This document shows positions 29,523 to 35,134 of a stretch of DNA of 35,134 bases, one piece after another; within the stretch, counting starts at the first letter, position 1, and each line of letters starts with the position of its first letter. The position numbers and the translations under genes are program-made. Below the pieces are notes generated by a model, which was given only the letters and a program-made list of their open reading frames with translations, had not been told where the DNA came from and searched no databases. Source of the stretch: Candidatus Psychracetigena formicireducens (GTDB lineage Bacteria; Coprothermobacterota; HKB111); the NCBI GenBank assembly GCA_018725125.1, contig QLTW01000003.1, positions 1 through 35,134 on the forward strand, in the 5' to 3' direction.

Positions 29523-29607
29523 AAAAAAAAGAACCTGCCCGGATCTTTTATTTTGAGAAGGAGGGGGTGAGAGAGGAGGTGGTATAGGGGAAGACCCGGG
29601 CAGGGTT
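29523..29607 (-). terminator. long-stem terminator-like hairpin with a large C-rich loop after rpmA
   Basis: AACCCTGCCCGGGTCTT pairs with AAGATCCGGGCAGGTT (~16 bp), followed by CTTTTTTTT. Confidence 0.7.
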
Positions 29608-29611
29608 ATAT

Positions 29612-29902
29612 CTAATTAATATTATTATTCGGAATAATTCTTACCCTTACTTTTCCCTGAGTAAATTTTTCAAATTCCACGATTCCATCTTGCAGCGCGA
29701 AAAGAGTATAATCTTTACCTAAACCAACATATTCTCCAGCAAAGATATTTGTACCTCTTTGTTTTACAATGATAGAACCAGCTTTTACTGATTGCCCAGC
29801 ATATCTTTTTACTCCAAGAAACTTAGGTTGAGAATCCCTTCCATTAGAAGAGCTTCCACCTGCTTTTTTCTTGGCAAATAACTGTAAATTCCATCTTTTC
29901 AT
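29612..29902 (-). CDS. rpmA: 50S ribosomal protein L27 with cleavable N-terminal extension
   Basis: [24 protein letters not shown]...; LQLF/A Prp cleavage motif. Confidence 0.97.
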   Translation of the reverse strand: MKRWNLQLFAKKKAGGSSSNGRDSQPKFLGVKRYAGQSVKAGSIIVKQRGTNIFAGEYVGLGKDYTLFALQDGIVEFEKFTQGKVRVRIIPNNNIN

Positions 29903-29908
29903 TTTTAA

Positions 29909-30226
29909 TTATCCTCTTACTTCTACTAACTTAACACATTTATATTCTTTAGCTATATTTTTTACGCTTAAACTAAAAACAGCAAGCGCAAACTGAACTT
30001 CTCTTTTTTTCTCCTCCCCTACAGCAGGAAGAATTACTATAAACTTACCACTTTTTATTATACCACAAACCGGTAAATTTAATACCTTTTTTAGACCAAA
30101 ATATAGGGATTGAACCAGAGTTGAAATGGAACCACAAACAATCTTCTCCTGAAGATGATTTCCGCAGTGACCGGTTACTTTAATCCAAGCAGGATTGGAT
30201 TTTAAATTTATTTCAACTCGTACCAT
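29909..30226 (-). CDS. prp: ribosomal-processing cysteine protease Prp
   Basis: Between rplU and rpmA; TGH...IVCGSIS catalytic His/Cys pattern. Confidence 0.85.
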   Translation of the reverse strand: MVRVEINLKSNPAWIKVTGHCGNHLQEKIVCGSISTLVQSLYFGLKKVLNLPVCGIIKSGKFIVILPAVGEEKKREVQFALAVFSLSVKNIAKEYKCVKLVEVRG

Positions 30227-30228
30227 TT

Positions 30229-30543
30229 TTAAGCCTGGATTGACTCAACCTTTACCAGTATGTAAGGGTCCCTATAGCCGACTTTCTTGTGGTAATCCCT
30301 TTTACTTTTATATTTAAAAACTATTATTTTTCTATCCCTACCTTGTTTAAGCAGTTTAAGAGAAACTGAGGCTCCTTCTAAATAGGGTTTTCCTATTAAT
30401 AGTTCTCCATCGCGATTAACCAGAATAACCTTATTCCATTGATAAACATCCTGTTCGGAAAAAACGGTAGAAAAAGGTAGTTTGTATACCTTATTTGGTT
30501 CCAGTTTAATCTGGCGACCTCTGATATCAATTATTGCGTACAT
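30229..30543 (-). CDS. rplU: 50S ribosomal protein L21
   Basis: MYAIIDIRGRQ, IGKPYLEGA, KIIVFKYK. Confidence 0.95.
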   Translation of the reverse strand: MYAIIDIRGRQIKLEPNKVYKLPFSTVFSEQDVYQWNKVILVNRDGELLIGKPYLEGASVSLKLLKQGRDRKIIVFKYKSKRDYHKKVGYRDPYILVKVESIQA

Positions 30544-30733
30544 ATATTATCCTCCATAATGCTTTAATATTCAGTAAATTCACGAAATAAACACGAGTAT
30601 CATTTTATCACAAATATCAGATAAAATGATAATAATCGCTATAATTTATACAAATATTCTCTGGTGTTTATGTCAAAAAAGCGTTATTTTATATAGACTA
30701 TTTCTTTACTTAAGCCCTAAAGTACTTAGTAAA

Positions 30734-31252
30734 TTAAGGTCTATCTGATAAGAACTGTTTATTAGCATACCCTTCATGGACTTTGCCTTCCCTGTCCGTA
30801 AAGCGCACTTTGGACCACTCCAACCCTTCCTCCAGGATGATTACTTTAGAGCCTCTAGGCATCACAACAATCTTTTCAAATGTGCTACCCGCACCCCTCC
30901 GTAAATTTAGGTTTACCGTGGTGTATCTCTCAATGGCAGTTGGAGTAGTCGGGGTAGTCGGAGTAGTCGGAGTAGTGGGTGTGGTAGTTGAAGGAACAAG
31001 TTTCCAGAGTTCTGTAACAGAATTATCCAGTGAATCAACTTTTTCTTTATAACTTGCAAATTCCTCCCTTAAACTGTTCAAAACCTCTGCGCTACGCCTT
31101 GCTTCCAATAAATTAACTACTGTTACTATAAAAACGATGGGTATAGCAACCACCACTAACCAGATCCACCAGGGTATAGGCTTTTTATTATGTTGACGAA
31201 AATATTCTTCGTCATCATAATTTTCGTCGTCTAAGGTCTTTCCCATATTCAT
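30734..31252 (-). CDS. membrane-anchored SH3-domain protein with coiled coil and Pro/Thr linker
   Basis: TM (PWWIWLVVVAIPIVFIV), coiled coil, PTT repeats, SH3b-like LNLRRGAG...WSKV...GY. Confidence 0.8.
   Translation of the reverse strand: MNMGKTLDDENYDDEEYFRQHNKKPIPWWIWLVVVAIPIVFIVTVVNLLEARRSAEVLNSLREEFASYKEKVDSLDNSVTELWKLVPSTTTPTTPTTPTTPTTPTAIERYTTVNLNLRRGAGSTFEKIVVMPRGSKVIILEEGLEWSKVRFTDREGKVHEGYANKQFLSDRP
30938..30989 (-). repeat. imperfect 9-bp tandem repeat encoding (PTT)n
   Basis: Plus-strand units ggagtagtc / ggggtagtc, about 5 copies. Confidence 0.85.
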
Positions 31253-31268
31253 TAATCCCTCCTATTTT

Positions 31269-32624
31269 CTAACCTAAAAAATCTTTTTCTGCTAAACCGA
31301 TTGACTCATCCAGGATATCAATAATTCTATTTATCTGTTCTCTGGATACCACCAAAGGGGGAGCAACATAAGTTTTGTCAACTGAAGCTCTACATAAATA
31401 GAGGCCTCTATCCCAGGCTAATTGCTCCACTTTAAAAGCAAACCTCACATTACCGGGAATTTTTTTTCTGGTCTCTTTATCCGCAACATATTCAATGGCA
31501 GTTAATAAACCCATGCCCCGAATGTCGCCAACCGTACGATACCTCCTGAGGGTTTGTAAACCCTGAATTAAATAACTTCCCATTTCCATAGATTTTTGAG
31601 CCAGAGCCTCAGATTGAATAACCTCAATATTTTTAAGGGTAGCAGTGGTTGAAAGCGTGTGACCTCCAAAAGTTAACCCATGAATAAACATATAGTCGTC
31701 AAAAGCCTGTCCAAGCTCTTCTTTTGCCAGAACCGCTCCCAGAGGAGCATAGCCAGAAGTGAGTCCCTTAGCTAAGACCATCATATCAGGGTGTATATTG
31801 AATATTTCTGAAGCAAACATAGCGCCAATTCTTCCAAATGCACACACTACTTCGTCAATAATCAATAAAACCCCATATTGTCGGGTAATTTCTTGGACCC
31901 TGCGAAAATAGCCTTCAGGGGGGGTAATTGCTCCCAACGCATTCATCACAGGTTCTAAAATAACTGCTGCTACAGTTTTGGGTCCCTCCCATTCAATCGC
32001 CTGAGCAATTGCTTCAGCGCATTCAAGGTTACAGGAGCCGGGTTCTTTATTAAACTCGCAGCGATAACAATAAGGTGCTGATACATGGTGAAAGCCAGGT
32101 ACTAATGGCTCGAAAGGTTGGCGGTAAACCCTTATTCCAGTTGCACTGAGAGCCCCTAAAGTTACACCATGGTAAGCTTCCTTTCTGGAAATTACTTTAT
32201 ACCTTCCGCCTTGCCCTTTTACCTGGAAATACTGGCGACTCATTTTGATAGCTGTTTCTACTGCTTCAGAACCCCCACTTACAAAAAATACCCTGTTTAA
32301 CCCTGCAGGAGCAATTTCTTTAAGCTTGGAAGCTGCTAATACTGCTGGAGCGTTGGAATAACCACCAAAGAGAGAGGCATAACCGATTAAATCCATTTGC
32401 TCTTTCATAGCCTCAATAATCTCTCTTCTATTGTGCCCAGCATTTACTACCCATAACATAGAAAGACCATCAATATACTCTTTACCTTCAAGATCTCTGA
32501 TTACGGCTCCGTTACCGGAAACTATCACCTTAGACCCCTTCTCTACTACTTCTTTCATAGAAGAGTAATGATGCCAGAGAGTAGGCTTTAAGGATTCTTT
32601 CTTTATATTGTTATATTCTGACAT
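31269..32624 (-). CDS. class-III PLP aminotransferase (omega-amino acid transaminase-like)
   Basis: GGSEAVETA, AYHGVT, IIDEVVCAFGRIG, LAKGLTSGY, HGLTFGGH. Confidence 0.92.
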   Translation of the reverse strand: MSEYNNIKKESLKPTLWHHYSSMKEVVEKGSKVIVSGNGAVIRDLEGKEYIDGLSMLWVVNAGHNRREIIEAMKEQMDLIGYASLFGGYSNAPAVLAASKLKEIAPAGLNRVFFVSGGSEAVETAIKMSRQYFQVKGQGGRYKVISRKEAYHGVTLGALSATGIRVYRQPFEPLVPGFHHVSAPYCYRCEFNKEPGSCNLECAEAIAQAIEWEGPKTVAAVILEPVMNALGAITPPEGYFRRVQEITRQYGVLLIIDEVVCAFGRIGAMFASEIFNIHPDMMVLAKGLTSGYAPLGAVLAKEELGQAFDDYMFIHGLTFGGHTLSTTATLKNIEVIQSEALAQKSMEMGSYLIQGLQTLRRYRTVGDIRGMGLLTAIEYVADKETRKKIPGNVRFAFKVEQLAWDRGLYLCRASVDKTYVAPPLVVSREQINRIIDILDESIGLAEKDFLG

Positions 32625-32643
32625 TTTGCCTCCTGAAATTAAA

Positions 32644-33489
32644 CTAAAGCTTTTCCCGTAATATTTTCAATTCACCTTCAGATATATTATAGGTGTGTTC
32701 TCTGGCAGGAAATACACCTATTTCCACTTCATTTTTATAAGTTTTAAGAGCATTGACAATTATTTCTGAAAGATTAGCATATTTTTTTACGAATTTTGGA
32801 GTGAAAAGTTCAAAAATCCCCAGCAGGTCATTAAGGATAAGAAGTTGTCCATCACAATGTTTACCTGCACCAATTCCAATAATAGGTATGCTGGCTTTCT
32901 CAGTGATAATCTGACCAACATCTTCGGGGATAGCTTCCAATAAAATAGAGAAAGCACCGGCATCTTCCAAAGCTTTAGCATCATCAATAAGCACTTTAGC
33001 TGCATCAGCAGTTTTTCCTTGAGCAACAAATCCACCAAGTTGGGTCATTGATTGAGGAGTAAGTCCAATATGCCCCATAACTGGTATTCCAGATTTAACG
33101 ATTGCTTCTACAATATGAGCCACCCTTGCTCCACCTTCAAGTTTTATGGCATCAGCTCCTCCTTCTTTGATAAACCTCCCAGCGTTCCAGATAGCATCTT
33201 CAACACTTTTATGGTAAGCCATAAAAGGCATATCCCCAATAAGCAAAGGAGATTTCGCCCCACGGCTTACTGCTTTGGTATGGTGTATCATTTCCTCCAT
33301 GGTTACCGGCAAGGTATTTTTATAACCTAATACTACCATTCCCAACGAATCACCAACTAAAACCATGTCAATACCTGCTTCTTCCATAAAACAACCCATA
33401 GGGAAATCATAGCAGGTTAGCATAACTATTTTTTTCCTTTCCTGTTTCTTTTTTAAAAGTTCTGGTAGTGATACCTTTTTTCTATCCAT
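32644..33489 (-). CDS. panB: 3-methyl-2-oxobutanoate hydroxymethyltransferase
   Basis: LVGDSLG, DMPF, KLEGG, MGHIGLTPQS, IGIGAG. Confidence 0.96.
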   Translation of the reverse strand: MDRKKVSLPELLKKKQERKKIVMLTCYDFPMGCFMEEAGIDMVLVGDSLGMVVLGYKNTLPVTMEEMIHHTKAVSRGAKSPLLIGDMPFMAYHKSVEDAIWNAGRFIKEGGADAIKLEGGARVAHIVEAIVKSGIPVMGHIGLTPQSMTQLGGFVAQGKTADAAKVLIDDAKALEDAGAFSILLEAIPEDVGQIITEKASIPIIGIGAGKHCDGQLLILNDLLGIFELFTPKFVKKYANLSEIIVNALKTYKNEVEIGVFPAREHTYNISEGELKILREKL

Positions 33490-33501
33490 TAAATCCTCCT
33501 A

Positions 33502-34434
33502 TTATGGTTTGGGAATAGATAAGTCGGTAGGACCCTGAGCAGAAAGCTTCAAGTTAGGATTCACCCTTTGTACTAATTCATGAATAATTTTAGCCTGTTT
33601 CACTTTCTCTCGTGCTAAAAAGGCTAAAGAATCTGGTCCCACCCATGGTTTATATAATGCTCCCATCCCTGGTCCTGGTTCTATTTTAAAATAGCACGGG
33701 GAACATACCCGAGCAAGCTCAGCCCCTTCCCAGAAACGATTAAACCCTCCCATTGAGTCAAATAAGTACACATGGAGATCCATAGGTAATTTAACAGCTT
33801 TTCTTATTGATCCCAATAGAGGAAGTGTCATGTCGGCTACTGGATTAAAGGTATTAGCTCCAAGCATTTCCAATACTTTTGCTCCAGCAGCATTGGCGTG
33901 TCCAGCAAAAATAGATACCTTAAAGGTTGTATCTGAGGGAATATCTCCGTTTATTTTCATGTTATTTAACAAGTTTAATAAACCTTCATCCCAGACGAGA
34001 AAACCTCTAAAACCTGCTTCTATGCAACGGAAAATGTCCGAAATAATATAACGAAGGTTATCGGACCCCCTTATTCTTAAACCTGACACAGCCCCTTCAG
34101 GGGTAGAAATCTGTTTTCCTAAATCCCAAAAAGGTCGAGGACCTGGTGTAACAATCGCTTCAATCCTGGAATCATGAGCGATTCTGGCAAAATCTTTTAA
34201 TTCTTCCATAGAAAGTAAAGTAGCTCCCATAACCGTAGCAATTATCCGATGGATGGGTATCTTTCTTTTGTTCATTTCATCCACCATCGCTTCCAGAGTA
34301 GATGGTCGTTCTATGCCTGATAGTTCCATACGGTAATGAGCGCCATCAGGAAAAGTGTAGGGAGAATCAGCAAGTTCATAAGCATCTCTTCCAGGAATAC
34401 CATATTTTTCCATTAACTTCATTACATAATCCAT
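33502..34434 (-). CDS. uncharacterised 310-aa enzyme-like protein (family often auto-annotated 'U32 peptidase')
   Basis: Long ORF with strong SD AAGGAGG; FPDGAHYR, GPR..WD and GFRGFLVWDEG segments recalled from a conserved family; function unknown. Confidence 0.6.
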   Translation of the reverse strand: MDYVMKLMEKYGIPGRDAYELADSPYTFPDGAHYRMELSGIERPSTLEAMVDEMNKRKIPIHRIIATVMGATLLSMEELKDFARIAHDSRIEAIVTPGPRPFWDLGKQISTPEGAVSGLRIRGSDNLRYIISDIFRCIEAGFRGFLVWDEGLLNLLNNMKINGDIPSDTTFKVSIFAGHANAAGAKVLEMLGANTFNPVADMTLPLLGSIRKAVKLPMDLHVYLFDSMGGFNRFWEGAELARVCSPCYFKIEPGPGMGALYKPWVGPDSLAFLAREKVKQAKIIHELVQRVNPNLKLSAQGPTDLSIPKP

Positions 34435-34469
34435 AAAAATTCCTCCTTAAGGATATTAATTCCAAATAA

Positions 34470-34478
34470 ATTATATCA
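34470..34478 (-). promoter_or_regulatory. extended -10 promoter for the panB-containing operon
   Basis: TGATATAAT about 35 nt upstream of the 34434 start. Confidence 0.5.
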
Positions 34479-34550
34479 GAAATATTTAATTTTTTCTGGA
34501 AAAATAAAGTGAAATCATCAAAGAACAATAAAAAGGTTGGAGCAAATAGA

Positions 34551-34626
34551 TGGTACCCCCAAGGGGATTCGAACCCCTGCCGCGGCCTTGAAAGGGCCGT
34601 GTCCTAGGCCTCTAGACGATGGGGGC
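34551..34626 (-). tRNA. tRNA-Glu(UUC)
   Basis: Cloverleaf, anticodon loop CTTTCAA, GTTCGAATC, encoded CCA. Confidence 0.95.
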
Positions 34627-34639
34627 CTAAAATAATGCC

Positions 34640-34715
34640 TGGTGGGCCCACCTGGGGTCGGACCAGGAACCTTCCGGTTATGAGCCGGTGGCTCTGCCAG
34701 TTGAGCTATGGGCCC
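34640..34715 (-). tRNA. tRNA with CAU anticodon, most likely tRNA-Ile2 (lysidine)
   Basis: GGGCCCA acceptor stem with C4-G69/C5-G68, CCGG-CTCATAA-CCGG arm, encoded CCA; no fMet features. Confidence 0.85.
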
Positions 34716-34730
34716 ACTATTAGCTAAATC

Positions 34731-34805
34731 TGGCTGCTCGGGCAGGACTTGAACCTGCAACCAGACGGTTAACAGCCGCCTGCTCTACCATTGAGCTACC
34801 GAGCA
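34731..34805 (-). tRNA. tRNA-Asn(GUU)
   Basis: Cloverleaf, anticodon loop CTGTTAA, GTTCAAGTC, G73 + CCA. Confidence 0.95.
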
Positions 34806-34820
34806 ATATTGTCAGGATTT

Positions 34821-34829
34821 ATTATATCA
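34821..34829 (-). promoter_or_regulatory. extended -10 promoter of the tRNA cluster
   Basis: TGATATAAT 15 nt upstream of tRNA-Asn. Confidence 0.55.
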
Positions 34830-35100
34830 TAATCAAGCAATAGTTAGCGAATTACGAATTGCCTCCTCAAAAATCTTTAGGAAACTGATTCATTGCCTCA
34901 TGAGAAAATCTATACAAAATATAGTATCCTGCCTCCAGAGTCTCTAACCCAGTGTCACTCTGAACTTAATCCAGAGTCTCCCTCACTTTATTTTTGCGAT
35001 CCCCGAACCTATTCACCAATCTCCAATAGGTGCAGGGCGCATAATGACTTCTTTTTTTTGTCTCTGATTATATGAAAGCACCTTAGAACAACCGACAGTT

Positions 35101-35134
35101 TATACTGTTAGTAAGAATAAGGAGGTACTACCAT
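35101..35134 (+). promoter_or_regulatory. -10 and ribosome-binding site of a divergent gene starting at the right edge
   Basis: TATACT at 35101, AAGGAGGT, then AT at the window end (probable ATG). Confidence 0.55.

Noticed and set aside
29612-30226. L27 N-terminal extension with adjacent protease as a novelty
   Set aside because: This is the established Prp/L27 processing system
30938-30989. CRISPR-like repeat
   Set aside because: Contiguous 9-bp coding repeat without spacers; no cas genes
1057-34051. Numerous plus-strand ORFs of 60-171 aa, and short nested minus-strand ORFs (13208, 21724, 25074, 32787)
   Set aside because: They lie antisense to, or out of frame within, well-supported genes and have no recognisable motifs
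34488-34506. CodY-like palindrome upstream of the panB operon
   Set aside because: About five mismatches to AATTTTCWGAAAATT in very AT-rich DNA
34518-34760. 80-aa minus-strand ORF
   Set aside because: It overlaps the three tRNA genes; translation artefact
34551-34805. Integrated element at the tRNA cluster
   Set aside because: No integrase and no duplicated tRNA 3' end noticed within the window
34893-35075. 60-aa plus-strand ORF
   Set aside because: TTG start without a clear SD; it spans the repeat-like sequence and shows no motif

Overview
AT-rich chromosomal window from an anaerobic bacterium; essentially every gene is on the minus strand. In transcription order (right to left): tRNA-Asn, tRNA-Ile2(CAU), tRNA-Glu; an operon of an uncharacterised 310-aa protein, panB, a class-III aminotransferase and an SH3 membrane protein; rplU-prp-rpmA; rpsB-tsf-pyrH-frr-cdsA-rseP-ispG (uppS and dxr absent from their usual slots); a GT2 gene and valS; a signalling cassette (DRTGG, CBS-pair/RsbT-like kinase, [FeFe]-hydrogenase-like Fe-S protein split by an in-frame TGA, DRTGG, PHP) overlapping directly into rnfCDGEAB; amrB, a frameshifted amrA remnant and amrS; apbE, a NusG-II protein, a Gx/HepS-like protein and a small membrane protein; mreBCD-mrdA-rodA; a cyclodeaminase, rho and thyX. 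No transposase, integrase, phage gene or CRISPR array was seen. Best leads: (1) the redox/energy-sensing phosphoswitch coupled to Rnf rather than to a hydrogenase; (2) a terminator-like hairpin after rpmA whose loop carries tandem anti-Shine-Dalgarno motifs (candidate sRNA); (3) the orphan panB/aminotransferase/unknown-enzyme operon; (4) the hidden amrA relic. All family calls come from motif recognition by eye; no searches were run.
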